DNA from: Microcoleus sp.
GTDB taxonomy: Bacteria > Cyanobacteriota > Cyanobacteriia > Cyanobacteriales > Microcoleaceae
Direction: 5' to 3'
Length of the DNA stretch: 64,000 nt
NCBI GenBank assembly: GCA_052279835.1
Contig: CP181291.1
Span: 1,984,001 to 2,048,000 of the forward strand
Shown here one piece after another: positions 1 to 10,807 of this stretch. The translations under genes were made by a program, and so were the position numbers. Below the pieces are notes generated by a model. It was not told where the DNA came from and did not search any database. It saw only the letters and a list, made by a program, of their open reading frames with translations. The stretch's first letter is position 1. The number at the start of each line of letters is the position of its first letter.

Positions 1-33
1 GAAAAGTTTCCTTTTTATTCCAGTTTAATTTCA

Positions 34-2820
34 GTGTCAGATTTGCCAGCCACAGAATTTGAATATCAAGTAGGGGGAAGTTTGCCCCCAAATTCTCCTA
101 CCTATGTCACCAGGGCTGCCGATCGCGAACTTTACAAATCTTTAAAAGCGGGTGAGTTTTGCTATGTACTAACTTCCCGACAAATGGGAAAGTCGAGTTT
201 GCGCGTACAAGCAGCCCGTCGCTTGCAAGCAGAAGGTACTGTCTGCGGTACAGTTGATATTACCGGCATTGGTACTACCGAGATGACTCCCATGCAGTGG
301 TATGCGGGTTTTACTGGCACTCTCGCCAACAGCTTTAAAATTAAGTCGATCAATTTTAGGACTTGGTGGCGCGATCGAGAACACTTACCACCAGTATTAA
401 GATTAAATGAATTTATCGAACAAGTATTACTTCCTTCCACAGAACGCAATATAGTTATTTTTATAGATGAAATTGACAGCGTTCTTTCCCTCAATTTTTC
501 CAGCGATGATTTTTTTGCAATGGTCCGAGGATGCTACAATAAACGCGCTGAAAATCCAGAATATAACCGCCTTACTTTTGCTTTGTTTGGAGTCACGACT
601 CCTCAAGATTTAATTGCTGATAAAACCAGAACCCCGTTTAATATAGGTCGCCCCATTGAACTCAAAGGATTTGCCCTCGACGAAGCAATCCCTTTAGCTC
701 AAGGATTTTCAGAACAAATAGAAAACTCCCTAGAAGTGCTCAAAGAAATCTTGGAATGGACGGGAGGACAGCCTTTTCTTACTCAAAAATTTAGTAAATT
801 AGCTTCGGAAAGATTAGGAATTCCAACAAGTAATGACAGTGGAAATAACCCTAAATATCGAGTTGCTAACACTCAATTATTCATGGCAGATTTAGTGCAT
901 TCCAGTGCCCTCAACAACTGGGAATTTCAAGATGAACCGGAACATCTGAAAACAATTCGCGATCGCCTCCTGAGAAATCCGCAGCGCACGGCTCGTTTGC
1001 TAGGACTTTACCAAGAAATTTTGTCAAATCTCACATCTGTCACTATTCTCAATAACAGGCAAGATACCTGTTCGATAAACACTGAATTTGATGGTGGGGT
1101 AGGCACGGAACTAGCCTTAGTTCAAGATAGTCCAGAAAAAATGGAATTATTGCTTTCAGGTTTAATCGTCAAAGATGGACAAAGACTGAGAGTATATAAT
1201 CCCATTTACGCCTCAGTTTTTAACCAAGAGTGGATACAGAAAGAATTAGCCAAACTGCGGCCCTACTCGGAGTCGATCGCCGCTTGGGAAGTCTCCAATC
1301 ATACCGACACTTCCCGCTTGCTGCAAGGTAGAGCGCTAGCAGAAGCGTTAAGCTGGGCCGCAGACAAAAGCTTGGGCGATCGAGATTATCAATTTCTGTC
1401 AGCCAGTCAAGAATTAGAAAACGTCCAAGTACAAAAAAAATTATCCATAGAAAAAGCAGCCTCAAAAATATTAACCGAAGCCAATTTAGTCTTGACAAAA
1501 GCTCAAAAAAAAGCTAAGACAACAATCCAATTCAGCTTGCTAGGACTCGCTACAATTACTACGATTGCTACCGGCATTATAAATCACGCCCAACGAGTCA
1601 CCCAACAAATAGAAAATCAAAAAAAACAAGCCATAATTGCTCAAATAGAAGCCCTCAACTCTACAGCCGATATTTCCCTAGCCTACGACCAACTAGGAGC
1701 TTTAATTGCCGCAGTTAGCGCCGGAAAAAAACTTAGAGAAATATACGCCTCTCCAGGACTCAAAGCACAGACATTAAATAGATTACACCATACGATCGAT
1801 GCAGTGCGAGAACGCAATCGTTTGGCGAACGGACACACAGCTAGCTTTAGCCCGGATGGTAAGTTAATTGTTAGTGTCGGCGACAATTACAGTGTGAAAG
1901 TTTTTCAGCCAAACGGCAAGCTGATTTTGACGTTACCTGGACATAAACAGTCAGTTAGTGAGGTGGTATTCAGTCCTGATAGTAAGTTAATTTCTTCCAC
2001 AAGTTTTGATAAAACTGTCAGAATTTGGCGCAAAGATGGCAGTTTGCAGCAAATTCTCAAAGGACACCAAGATTTAGTTTGGAGCGCTAGTTTTAGCCCT
2101 AAATTAGAACAAATTGCTAGTGCCAGTTCTGACAAAACTATTAAAATTTGGAATTTAAATGGAGTTTTGCAGCAAACTCTGACAGGTCATACTAGACCGG
2201 TAACATCAGTGAGGTTTAGTCCCGATGGAGAGATGTTAGCTTCCACCAGTCAAGATAAAACTATAAAACTTTGGAAACGCGATGGGAACAAGCAATTTAG
2301 ACTTCATAAAACTCTTGTAGGACACAAAGATGAAGTGTGGGGCTGTAATTTTTCACCAAATGGCGAGATGATTGCGAGTGCGAGTCACGACTGGAGTGTC
2401 AAACTTTGGAATACTGAAGGAAAGTTACTCAAATCTTTAGCCGATTCTACAACGGGTGTGGGTAGTGTTAATTGGAGCCCTGACAGCCAAACTGTGGCTG
2501 GGGGGAGTATGGATGGTAAGGTAAGAATTTGGCGCGCGGATGGTACTTTGCTGCAAACTTTGAAGGGACATCTTGCGGATGTGTGGAGTTTGAGTTTTAG
2601 TCTCGATGGCAAAACTTTAGCATCTGCGGGTAAAGATTCGTCGGTAAGGCTTTGGAATCTGGATGCTACGACAGTGGAAGCTGGGGAACTTGACAAATTG
2701 CTGACTATCGGATGCGATCGACTCAGAGACTACCTACAATACAATCCGAATGTTGAAAAAGACCGACATTTGTGCGATCGCAAACAGAAAATCAATATAC
2801 CTGATTTTTTCAATAAGTAG
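34..2820 (+). CDS. AAA-like (AAA_35-type) NTPase with C-terminal WD40 repeats
   Basis: N-terminal YQVGGSLPPNSPTYVTR motif, Walker A-like SRQMGKSS, Walker B IVIFIDEID, a hydrophobic segment, then repeated GH...WSASFSP...ASASxDKTIKIW WD40 units. Confidence 0.9.
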   Translation: MSDLPATEFEYQVGGSLPPNSPTYVTRAADRELYKSLKAGEFCYVLTSRQMGKSSLRVQAARRLQAEGTVCGTVDITGIGTTEMTPMQWYAGFTGTLANSFKIKSINFRTWWRDREHLPPVLRLNEFIEQVLLPSTERNIVIFIDEIDSVLSLNFSSDDFFAMVRGCYNKRAENPEYNRLTFALFGVTTPQDLIADKTRTPFNIGRPIELKGFALDEAIPLAQGFSEQIENSLEVLKEILEWTGGQPFLTQKFSKLASERLGIPTSNDSGNNPKYRVANTQLFMADLVHSSALNNWEFQDEPEHLKTIRDRLLRNPQRTARLLGLYQEILSNLTSVTILNNRQDTCSINTEFDGGVGTELALVQDSPEKMELLLSGLIVKDGQRLRVYNPIYASVFNQEWIQKELAKLRPYSESIAAWEVSNHTDTSRLLQGRALAEALSWAADKSLGDRDYQFLSASQELENVQVQKKLSIEKAASKILTEANLVLTKAQKKAKTTIQFSLLGLATITTIATGIINHAQRVTQQIENQKKQAIIAQIEALNSTADISLAYDQLGALIAAVSAGKKLREIYASPGLKAQTLNRLHHTIDAVRERNRLANGHTASFSPDGKLIVSVGDNYSVKVFQPNGKLILTLPGHKQSVSEVVFSPDSKLISSTSFDKTVRIWRKDGSLQQILKGHQDLVWSASFSPKLEQIASASSDKTIKIWNLNGVLQQTLTGHTRPVTSVRFSPDGEMLASTSQDKTIKLWKRDGNKQFRLHKTLVGHKDEVWGCNFSPNGEMIASASHDWSVKLWNTEGKLLKSLADSTTGVGSVNWSPDSQTVAGGSMDGKVRIWRADGTLLQTLKGHLADVWSLSFSLDGKTLASAGKDSSVRLWNLDATTVEAGELDKLLTIGCDRLRDYLQYNPNVEKDRHLCDRKQKINIPDFFNK

Positions 2821-2879
2821 CGTATCTAAATCCCATTTTATGTTTAATAGTTTATTACTTCTTCCTTTTTCATTCTGAT

Positions 2880-3260
2880 TCAAAATCGGCAAACCCACTT
2901 CCACAAAGGATGACTAGGCCCCTGTTGGCGAATGCGGCTAACTTGTTGTTCCAAACGCTGTTTTTCTCGCATTGGTAATCCTCGCGCCATATTGCGACCT
3001 TGCCAAGTTAGCACTCCCAAAGTCATCCCCAAGCACAAACCCAAACCGAGAGTTGGCCAGCGGTGAAAGTATAAACCGTAACGCACCGCAGCCCAAGTAA
3101 AGTTTTCGATCCACAAAGCAATTTCTTCGCGCAAAGCCCAAATACTCCAAGAACCGACGCTAAGCCACAAAAATATTACAGTTAACCAGCGACCGTATAC
3201 TGTTAGTTTATGGAGTCTTTGGACTTCGATTTTAAAATTGGGATCGCTGTCATTAGTCAT
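2880..3260 (-). CDS. Conserved hypothetical membrane protein
   Basis: 126-aa ORF with two hydrophobic segments, downstream of and co-oriented with secF. Confidence 0.7.
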   Translation of the reverse strand: MTNDSDPNFKIEVQRLHKLTVYGRWLTVIFLWLSVGSWSIWALREEIALWIENFTWAAVRYGLYFHRWPTLGLGLCLGMTLGVLTWQGRNMARGLPMREKQRLEQQVSRIRQQGPSHPLWKWVCRF

Positions 3261-3265
3261 TGTTG

Positions 3266-3322
3266 TTTGTTATTTGTTATTTGTTATTTGTTATTTGTTA
3301 TTTGTTATTTGTTATTTGTTAT
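3266..3322. repeat. Heptamer tandem repeat (TTGTTAT)n, STRR-type
   Basis: About 8 consecutive TTGTTAT units; the same unit recurs at 43643-43690. Confidence 0.9.
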
Positions 3323-3389
3323 TGGCGGTTCCTACCCTTCGACTCCGCGGCGGTAGGCGCGTGCGAAGGGTCGAAGGGTCAACAGTCAA

Positions 3390-4358
3390 CTAAACTTCAT
3401 CAGATGGACTCATGGCTTCTACAGGAACGGGAATAGAGTTGCCGGTGCGACTGCGCCACCAAGCTAGGAGGGTACTAGCAATGAAAATACTGGAATATGC
3501 ACCAGCAATAAAACCCACAATCAAAGCTAAAGCAAAGTATTTGAGAGTTTCGCCACCAAACAAAAAGATAGAAAACAGTGTCAGTAGCGTAGTCATCGTC
3601 GTGTTAATTGACCTGCCAAGGGTCTGGAGTACAGCATCATCGACAATTTGGTCGATCGACAAACCGGGATTTAGCTTAATTACTTCACGCACGCGATCGT
3701 AAATCACTACTGTATCGTTAACAGAAAAACCGATAATTGTCAACAGAGCAACCACAAATAAACTGTCTACTTCTATGCCTAGAACTAAACCCAAAAATGA
3801 AAAAATGCCAAGAGTAATTAACACATCGTGGAACAGGGCAACAAAAGCAAAAAAGGCATAATCTAACTGAAATCGGAATGTCAGATAAATAGTAATTCCA
3901 GCAAAAGATAGTAATAAAGCCAACAATCCCGAAGTAAATAATTGTTTACCGAGGGTAGGACCTACCGTATCAATTTGAGTAGATTTAGGGGCAAAATCAC
4001 CTATTTTTTCACTCAAAGCTGTTTGCAACTTAGTCCGCTTTTCCACATCCAAAGTTTTCGTTCGTAGCGATAAGCCTCGCTGTTCTTTGCCGATCACTTG
4101 AATGGTACTACCGGCTAAACCTTGGGTATCGAGGACTTCCCGCACAGCAGCAATATTGATGGGTTTACAATTTTCAGGTTTCGTGCAGTCAAGTTCAAAT
4201 TGTAGCCTAGTACCACCGATAAAGTCCAAACTAGGGCGTAGGGGTGCGCGGATGTCGGGACGAGTCCAAGAAATTGCCATCGAGACTATACCCGCAAGGA
4301 TAATCGCGGCGGAAATACTCCACCAGATCGATCGCTGTTTGATTACACTGAATTTCAT
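3390..4358 (-). CDS. secF: Protein translocase subunit SecF
   Basis: LDFIGGT motif, [24 protein letters not shown]; adjacent to secD. Confidence 0.97.
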   Translation of the reverse strand: MKFSVIKQRSIWWSISAAIILAGIVSMAISWTRPDIRAPLRPSLDFIGGTRLQFELDCTKPENCKPINIAAVREVLDTQGLAGSTIQVIGKEQRGLSLRTKTLDVEKRTKLQTALSEKIGDFAPKSTQIDTVGPTLGKQLFTSGLLALLLSFAGITIYLTFRFQLDYAFFAFVALFHDVLITLGIFSFLGLVLGIEVDSLFVVALLTIIGFSVNDTVVIYDRVREVIKLNPGLSIDQIVDDAVLQTLGRSINTTMTTLLTLFSIFLFGGETLKYFALALIVGFIAGAYSSIFIASTLLAWWRSRTGNSIPVPVEAMSPSDEV

Positions 4359-4364
4359 AAGTTG

Positions 4365-4565
4365 AAGGAAGAAGGAAGAAGGAAGAAGGAAGAAGTAAGA
4401 AGTAAGAAGAACCCCCCCCAGCCCCCCCCCAAGGGGGGAAATTCAGGGAGAAGTAAGAAGAACCCCCCCCAGCCCCCCCCAAGGGGGGAAATTCAGGGAG
4501 AAGGAAGAAGAACCACCCCCAGCCCCCCAAGGGGGTAGGGAAGAAGGAAGAGGGAAGAAGGAAGC
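4365..4565. repeat. GAAGGAA-type repeats plus about 3 copies of a C-rich/G-rich palindromic unit (CCCCCCCAGCCCCCCCCAAGGGGGG)
   Basis: Directly visible tandem units in the secD-secF spacer. Confidence 0.8.
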
Positions 4566-4588
4566 AATCAGTAGTTAACTTTTAACTG

Positions 4589-5980
4589 TTAACTATTGGC
4601 AGTTTTCGACAAATTAGGACAGAACAATTCAGGTTTCCGCAATTGTGGAAAGCCCAAAACTACCAACATCAGAGTGCGGCTACAAGTGATAGCAGTAAAC
4701 ATACTGACTGCGACACCCAAGGCTAGCGTTACAGCAAACCCTTTGACTAAACCAGCACCCAAGTAGAACAGCGCTGCACAAGCAATTAGCGTTGTGACGT
4801 TACCATCTAAAATGCTAGAAAAAGCCCGGTAAAAACCCGATTCTACAGAACGGTATAGAGTTTTTCCAGCCCGCAACTCTTCTCGCGTGCGTTCAAAAAT
4901 CAGTACATTCGCATCCACAGCCATACCAATGCTGAGCACAAAACCAGCAATTCCCGGTAGTGTTAAAGTTACTCCCAACAGCACGAAAGCAGCCCAAGTT
5001 AGCAAAGCATAAATTAACAGGGCAATATCTGCAATTACACCAGGGAGTCGATAGTAGGCGATCATGAAAATCAAGACTAAAGCTAAACCCCCAATCCCTG
5101 CGGTGATACTGCTTTGAATACTGTCTTTACCCAAACTAGCACCGACTGTGCGGTTTTCAATAATTTCTACGGGTACTGGCAAAGCACCACCGCGCAGTTG
5201 CACTCCTAAATCGTTAGCTTCTTGGGCTGTAAAACGACCTTGAATTACTGCATTTCCTCCTGTAATTCCTGTTTGGGCAAATTCCACGCCAACTACAGGA
5301 GAACTAATCATTCTTTCATCTAGAAAAATCCCTAGAGTCCGTCCTGTTCCGGCTAAGTTTTTAGTAAGTTCGCCAAATAATTCGCCTCCTTTGGTGTCGA
5401 AGCGGAGAGCGACATTCCATTCGTTACCACTGGGTTGAGCTTGAGCATCCTTCAGGTTGCTTCCGCCGAGTTCACTACTTTTGTATAGTTTCGAGATTGC
5501 CTCATTACTCCTTTTCAAAGCAGCTTGATTTTCTTTAAATGCTGCCTCATTGGGGGTAGTTTTTAATGCTGCTTGTTTGGCGAGTAATTCCTGCTGCAAC
5601 TGCCTCTCAATGGCTAATTGCGCTTCTGTTCCTGGCAGTTGTTCCCGGAATTCTAGCTTGGCGGTTCCGCCCAAAACTCGTTCTGCTTGCTGCGGGTCGT
5701 TTACTCCGGGCAATTGTACGAGAATTTGGTCTTCTCCTACTGTTTGTACTAAGGCTTCGGAAACTCCCAAACCGTTGACGCGGTTTTCGACGATGCGTCG
5801 CACTGCTTCTAACATTCCCTGGTCAATTTTGGGGATGGTGGGGGTAGTTTTGACTTGAATTGTGAGTTGTGAGCCGCCTTGCAAGTCTAATCCTAGCCGC
5901 GTAGGAAGTGTTACTATGACAGTAATGGCGGCGATGATTAAAACAAAAATTAGGGCTAATACTGAACGTTGTTTTTGCAT
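4589..5980 (-). CDS. secD: Protein translocase subunit SecD
   Basis: LGLDLQGG, RVNGLGVSE, GMAVDANVLIFER motifs. Confidence 0.97.
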   Translation of the reverse strand: MQKQRSVLALIFVLIIAAITVIVTLPTRLGLDLQGGSQLTIQVKTTPTIPKIDQGMLEAVRRIVENRVNGLGVSEALVQTVGEDQILVQLPGVNDPQQAERVLGGTAKLEFREQLPGTEAQLAIERQLQQELLAKQAALKTTPNEAAFKENQAALKRSNEAISKLYKSSELGGSNLKDAQAQPSGNEWNVALRFDTKGGELFGELTKNLAGTGRTLGIFLDERMISSPVVGVEFAQTGITGGNAVIQGRFTAQEANDLGVQLRGGALPVPVEIIENRTVGASLGKDSIQSSITAGIGGLALVLIFMIAYYRLPGVIADIALLIYALLTWAAFVLLGVTLTLPGIAGFVLSIGMAVDANVLIFERTREELRAGKTLYRSVESGFYRAFSSILDGNVTTLIACAALFYLGAGLVKGFAVTLALGVAVSMFTAITCSRTLMLVVLGFPQLRKPELFCPNLSKTANS

Positions 5981-6063
5981 ATTTAATTATTTGTTATTGG
6001 TTATTAATCATTGTCATTAGTCATTGGTCATTCAATAACCAACAACCAATGACCAATGACTAT

Positions 6064-7047
6064 TTATACTCGTAGGGATACCATTTTTTGGACGGCTTCG
6101 ATAATTTGAGCTGGCTGTACGATTGTCAGTCTTTCCAAATTACCGTTGTATGGTGTGGGGATATCTTGTGATGAAAGTCGCAAAACTGGTGCGTCGAGTT
6201 CGTCAAAGTAGCGATCGCTAATTGAGGCAATTAATTCCGCACCGATGCCTCCTGTTTTCATGCACTCCTCCACAATAATTACTTTGTGGGTTTTGCGAAT
6301 GGATGCACCAATGGTTTCCATGTCAAGGGGTTTGAGAGAAATTAGGTCGATTACTTCTGGATCGCAACCCTCTTTTACGAGTCCGGGTACGGCTTGCATG
6401 ACGTGATGTCTCATGCGGGAATAGGTCAAAATTGTGACATCTTTGCCCGATCGCACTATTTCCGCTTTGTCCAGTGGCACTAAATATTCTGTTTCTGGCA
6501 AATCTTCTTTCAAGTTGTAAAGGAGAACGTGCTCGAAAAACAGGACGGGATTGTCATCGCGGATGGCTGATTTTAACAGCCCTTTGGCATTGTAAGGAGT
6601 CGAACAGGCAACGATTTTTAGGCCTGGGACTGCTTGGAAATAGGCTTCTAGTCGCTGAGAGTGTTCCGCGCCTAGTTGCCGGCCGACGCCACCGGGACCG
6701 CGAATTACCATGGGCATTTTGAAGTTGCCGCCGGAGGTGTAGCGCAGCATTCCAGCATTGTTGGAAATTTGGTTGAACGCTAGGAGCAAAAAGCCCATGT
6801 TCATGCCTTCGATGATCGGCCGCAATCCTGTCATTGCTGCCCCTACTGCCATGCCTGTAAAGCTATTTTCGGCGATCGGGGTATCGAGGACGCGGAGGTC
6901 GCCGTATTTATTGCAGAGGTCTTTGGTGACTTTGTAGGAACCGCCATAGTGGCCTACGTCTTCGCCGAGTACGAATACGGCGGAGTCGCGGGCCATTTCT
7001 TCGTCTAGGGCCTCGCGGAGGGCGTTGAACAATAAGGTTTCTGCCAT
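6064..7047 (-). CDS. pdhB: Pyruvate dehydrogenase E1 beta subunit
   Basis: [32 protein letters not shown] motifs. Confidence 0.97.
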   Translation of the reverse strand: MAETLLFNALREALDEEMARDSAVFVLGEDVGHYGGSYKVTKDLCNKYGDLRVLDTPIAENSFTGMAVGAAMTGLRPIIEGMNMGFLLLAFNQISNNAGMLRYTSGGNFKMPMVIRGPGGVGRQLGAEHSQRLEAYFQAVPGLKIVACSTPYNAKGLLKSAIRDDNPVLFFEHVLLYNLKEDLPETEYLVPLDKAEIVRSGKDVTILTYSRMRHHVMQAVPGLVKEGCDPEVIDLISLKPLDMETIGASIRKTHKVIIVEECMKTGGIGAELIASISDRYFDELDAPVLRLSSQDIPTPYNGNLERLTIVQPAQIIEAVQKMVSLRV

Positions 7048-7233
7048 AGGAGGTGAATGATTGCAGGAGGGTTAGATTAGAATCTTAACCTTTTGGGGGT
7101 GTGGATTTGAATGCGATCGCACATTTGGCAGTTAAAATCTGATATTTTGCCAATCTTTATCATAACATTTGTTTTATGTCAATGAATATTTCAGTTAAAA
7201 TCATACTAACTTGCCGGCCCGCAGCAGAGGAAT

Positions 7234-7660
7234 ATGATGCTACAGACAAAACCTCAACTAACTATGGAAGAGTTTTTCGCTCTTCCCCAAGGAGAAGGCG
7301 ATATTACCTACGAACTTATTGACGAGCAAGCAGTACCGAAGATGTCACCTAAAAAATTTCATTCTCGCCTCACCCGAAGCCTCATAAAAATCCTCGAACA
7401 ATGGGGTGAGCAAGGGGGAGAAATTGGTGTTGAATGGGGGGTGAAATTAACCAGACTGGGGCGAGAATGGGTGCCAGTACCAGACCTTTTATATGTTTCT
7501 TATCAACGGTTGTCTCCTGACTGGAATCAAGATGAAGCCTGTCCTGTAGTCCCTGAATTAGTCATAGAAATTATTTCACCAGAACAGACTTTCGGTCAGT
7601 TAGCTGCTAAAGCGAGAAATTATTTAGATGCTAAGGTATTGCGGGTTTGGGTAGTAGATA
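7234..7660 (+). pseudogene. Uma2-family (DUF820) endonuclease, 3'-truncated by IS5
   Basis: YELID..AVPKMSP, VPDL, PELVIEIISP, YLDAKVLRVWVVD; the frame runs into the IS terminal repeat at 7661 and stops. Confidence 0.85.
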
Positions 7661-8599
7661 GGGCTTACTGAATAATCGCTCGCATATTACGTCGCGAAAG
7701 GTTTTCGATCCTCTTCGAGGGCTCCGCTAACGCGCGATCGAGAGTTTAGTGCAAGATAAACAGGTAAAATAGGTCAAAACCCGTGCATCACTACCTGCGA
7801 TCGTGTACCGAAAAGTTGAGGTGGTCCCACAACCCCCATCCGAGTTTGAACTGCCCTTCGGAGGCAGCTTGTCACCAGATAACCGTTGGGTAAAAATGAC
7901 CCAAGTAATCCCGTGGTCAGAATTTGAAGCAGAATATGCTAAAAACTTCCCCACAGAAATAGGTGCACCAGCCAAATCCTTTCGGATGGCGTTGGGGGCA
8001 TTAATCATCAAAGAAAAACTCGGAATTAGCGATCGGGAAACCGTCGAACAAATCCGGGAAAACCCCTATTTGCAATACTTGATCGGTCAATCAACCTACA
8101 GTAATGAACTACCCTTTGATCCATCACTATTAGTTCACTTTCGGCGCCGATCGCATTTATCGTACAAGAGAGAACCGAGCTTGGTGCAAAGACAAAGGCA
8201 TTAGAATCAGTGGACCGCCTTTAGGAAGGCCTCCAACCAATATCAGCAAAGAAAAAAAGAAGCAAGGGTTGGAAGATGAGAGAATTCGCAATGCGATTGA
8301 GGGAAAGTTCGGACAAGGTAAACGAAGATTCGGTCTGAATCGGATCATGGCAAAACTTGATAATACTTCTGAAACAGTCATTGCGATTACTTTTTTAGTC
8401 ATGAACCTTTCTACCTGGTGGCGCCGGGTTTTTTGTGTGTTTTTATGCCGTTCGGGGAAAACAATGCCTGTTTTTGGGCTGCACATAATCTGGGGTTATG
8501 CTTTACTCAGAATGAGGCAGGAAAAACTCATATTTAACTCGGCTTAAATATATCGAGCACTCCCGATCGCCAGAAAGCGATCGATTATTCAGCAAGCCC
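7661..8599 (+). mobile_element. IS5-family element, internally deleted
   Basis: Terminal inverted repeats GGGCTTACTGAATAATCG (7661) and CGATTATTCAGCAAGCCC (8582-8599); encloses transposase fragments. Confidence 0.9.
7803..8547 (+). pseudogene. IS5-family transposase: N- and C-terminal fragments joined out of frame
   Basis: N-terminus (LSPDNRWVK...SDRETVEQIRENPYLQY...SLLVHFR) abuts, at about 8146 and in another frame, the C-terminus (ADRIYRTRENRAWCK...RNAIEGKFGQGKRRFGL); the central region is missing. Confidence 0.88.
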
Positions 8600-8703
8600 C
8601 AATTAGGAAAACTCGATAGGCGATCGGCCAAAACCCCCGCACTCGCATCACCACCCCACAGCAGTACCACCAAAACCAGACAAAAACCCCAAATTACTTT
8701 CAT
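8600..8703 (-). pseudogene. 5' stub of a secreted protein gene truncated by IS5 (resembles the cyanobacterial DUF6816 N-terminus, from recall)
   Basis: MKVIWGFCLVLVVLLWGGDASA signal peptide, then GVLADRLSSFPNW running directly into the IS5 right end. Confidence 0.6.
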
Positions 8704-8860
8704 ACCACAGGACATTCAAATAACTAACATTCTCAGGAATTATAAGTGATACCAAATCCAATTGAATCGGAATGATTAAACCGCGAAGGCGCAAAGGACG
8801 CGAAGGAATAGAAAGAAGAAGATGCACTTCTTCCTTCGCACTTTATTCTGTAAAACAGGT

Positions 8861-9265
8861 TTAAATTGACTCAACAGGTACAGGTTCCCAAACCTCGCCG
8901 TATTTCTCCTTCAATTCGTGCCAATTTTCTACTTGTCCCGGTTCATATTCGCCCGGTTTTCCCCACTGCAAAAATGCGCTCAGAGCCGGATCATTTTTTT
9001 CATCTAAAAAACGAATGGCATAGGTAGTAAAATTGCCTCTTTTTGCTTCACCAGTCTCGAATTTTACCTGTTTAATTTTATCCATATTCAGGTGAAATTC
9101 AAATATTTCGGCGTGCATATTTGCATATTTACCTTTCGGTAACTCCGCATAAAACAGCTTGTGAATTGAACCGCGCACTTCAAGGACAGCACCGCTGCTA
9201 GTTACAATTAAACGCAGCGTTCCTAATTTTTCGCAAGCTTCTAAGAATTCTTTTAGGTTAGACAT
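8861..9265 (-). CDS. ChuX/HutX-family heme utilization carrier-like protein
   Basis: [23 protein letters not shown]...FEFHL; start placed at ATG 9265 because the longer ORF only translates heptamer repeats. Confidence 0.75.
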   Translation of the reverse strand: MSNLKEFLEACEKLGTLRLIVTSSGAVLEVRGSIHKLFYAELPKGKYANMHAEIFEFHLNMDKIKQVKFETGEAKRGNFTTYAIRFLDEKNDPALSAFLQWGKPGEYEPGQVENWHELKEKYGEVWEPVPVESI

Positions 9266-9268
9266 AAT

Positions 9269-9447
9269 GGGGAATTGGGAATTGGGAATTGGGAATTGGG
9301 AATTGGGAATTGGGAATTGGGAATTGGGAATTGGGAATTGGAAATTGGGAATTGGGAATTGGAAATTGGGAATTGGGAATTGGGAATTGGAATTAACACA
9401 AATAACCAATAACCAATAACCAATAACCAATAACCAATAACCAATTA
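9269..9447. repeat. Heptamer tandem repeats (GGGAATT)n followed by (ACCAATA)n
   Basis: About 17 GGGAATT-type units, then about 6 ACCAATA units, between phoH and the hutX-like gene. Confidence 0.92.
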
Positions 9448-9454
9448 CTAATGA

Positions 9455-10408
9455 CTATTGTTCATGCAGTTCGTAAGCAGCTACAATCCGCTGCACTAAC
9501 GGGTGTCGCACCACATCCGCCTGAGAAAATTCGCAGAAAGCAATCCCCTCAACATTACCGAGAATTTTTTGTGCAACTGCTAATCCCGACTGTTGATTGG
9601 GGGGTAAATCGGTTTGAGTGATATCGCCTGTCACCACCATTCTCGAACGAAAACCCAGACGAGTTAACACCATTTTCATCTGAGCGGGGGTGGTATTTTG
9701 AGCTTCATCTAAAATTACGAAAGCATTGCTGAGAGTGCGCCCACGCATATAAGCTAAAGGAGCTACTTCAATCAGCCCTCTTTCCATTAAATCAGCCATT
9801 TTTTCGGGATCGATCATTTCTTGGAGGGCATCGTAAAGCGGCCGCAAATAAGGATCGACTTTTTGCTGCAAATCTCCGGGCAAAAATCCTAGTTTTTCCC
9901 CAGCTTCTACGGCGGGTCTGGTTAAAATTAGCCGTTCGTACTGCTTGCTTAACAGGGCTTGGATGGCGAAAATAGCTGCTAGAAATGTTTTACCAGTACC
10001 GGCAGGCCCGATGCAAAATGTCAGGTCATGGGTGCGTACTGCTTGGACGTACTGTCGCTGCTTGAAGGTTTTGGCTCTGATTTCTTCGCCACGGCGGGTT
10101 TTGGCGAGAACGTCTCGCTGCAAGTTTTGCAAATCGTCTTGGCGGTTGGTATCGAGAGCGAGGCGCGCTGTCTGGATTTCCACTCCGGTAATTGTTTTAC
10201 CTGCTTTCCAGAAGTCGGAGAGCGATCGCACTAATTTATGACACAATTCTACTTGATTTTTTGTGCCGGAAATCAGCAGTTCTTGGCCACGCATGACTAA
10301 GTTTGCGCCGGTTTGCTTAGAGATAGTTTTCAGATTTTGTTCTTGATGGCCGGCAAGCGACATGGCGCTTTGAGGGCTCGGCAACTCTATGATTAGTGTT
10401 TCAGTCAT
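9455..10408 (-). CDS. phoH: PhoH-family ATPase
   Basis: GPAGTGKT, RPAVEAGEKLGFLPG, AYMRGRTL, DEAQN; start set at MTETL. Confidence 0.95.
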   Translation of the reverse strand: MTETLIIELPSPQSAMSLAGHQEQNLKTISKQTGANLVMRGQELLISGTKNQVELCHKLVRSLSDFWKAGKTITGVEIQTARLALDTNRQDDLQNLQRDVLAKTRRGEEIRAKTFKQRQYVQAVRTHDLTFCIGPAGTGKTFLAAIFAIQALLSKQYERLILTRPAVEAGEKLGFLPGDLQQKVDPYLRPLYDALQEMIDPEKMADLMERGLIEVAPLAYMRGRTLSNAFVILDEAQNTTPAQMKMVLTRLGFRSRMVVTGDITQTDLPPNQQSGLAVAQKILGNVEGIAFCEFSQADVVRHPLVQRIVAAYELHEQ

Positions 10409-10807
10409 GCCAACATAAGCTCCCTCCAAATAAGCAATTAAAAGTTAACAATTACCAGTTAGATTGGTCGCAGTTTGCAAACAAAAAAACGCCAGGTACT
10501 AGCTTTTACCTAGTATCTAAGGCGTCTTTTAGATTTAGCTCCCAAATGAGTTTGGTGCTTGAGGTACAAATCAAATCTCCTTTCTATCAAGTCAGGCAAC
10601 TTTAGATGTTAGATTTTAGATGTGAGATTGTAGATGTGAGGTTTTAGATTTTAGATTTATCTAATCCCGTTAATATTTTAGCTTTTAATTTTTTGCCCGA
10701 TCGCACAATCGGCAAACTAAAATCAGACGGGATTTGTAAAAAAAGTTTACAACAGACAATCTAAAATCTAAAACTATTTGGTTGCAGACTTGTTCGCCAC
10801 AGAGCAG

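Noticed and set aside
4231..4530. 99-aa ORF upstream of secF
   Set aside because: It is derived from C/G-rich and GAAGGAA repeats and overlaps secF out of frame.
9266..9444. N-terminal extension of the hutX-like ORF and the 63-aa ORF 9253-9444
   Set aside because: These are translations of heptamer repeats (SQFPIPN, VIGYWLL).
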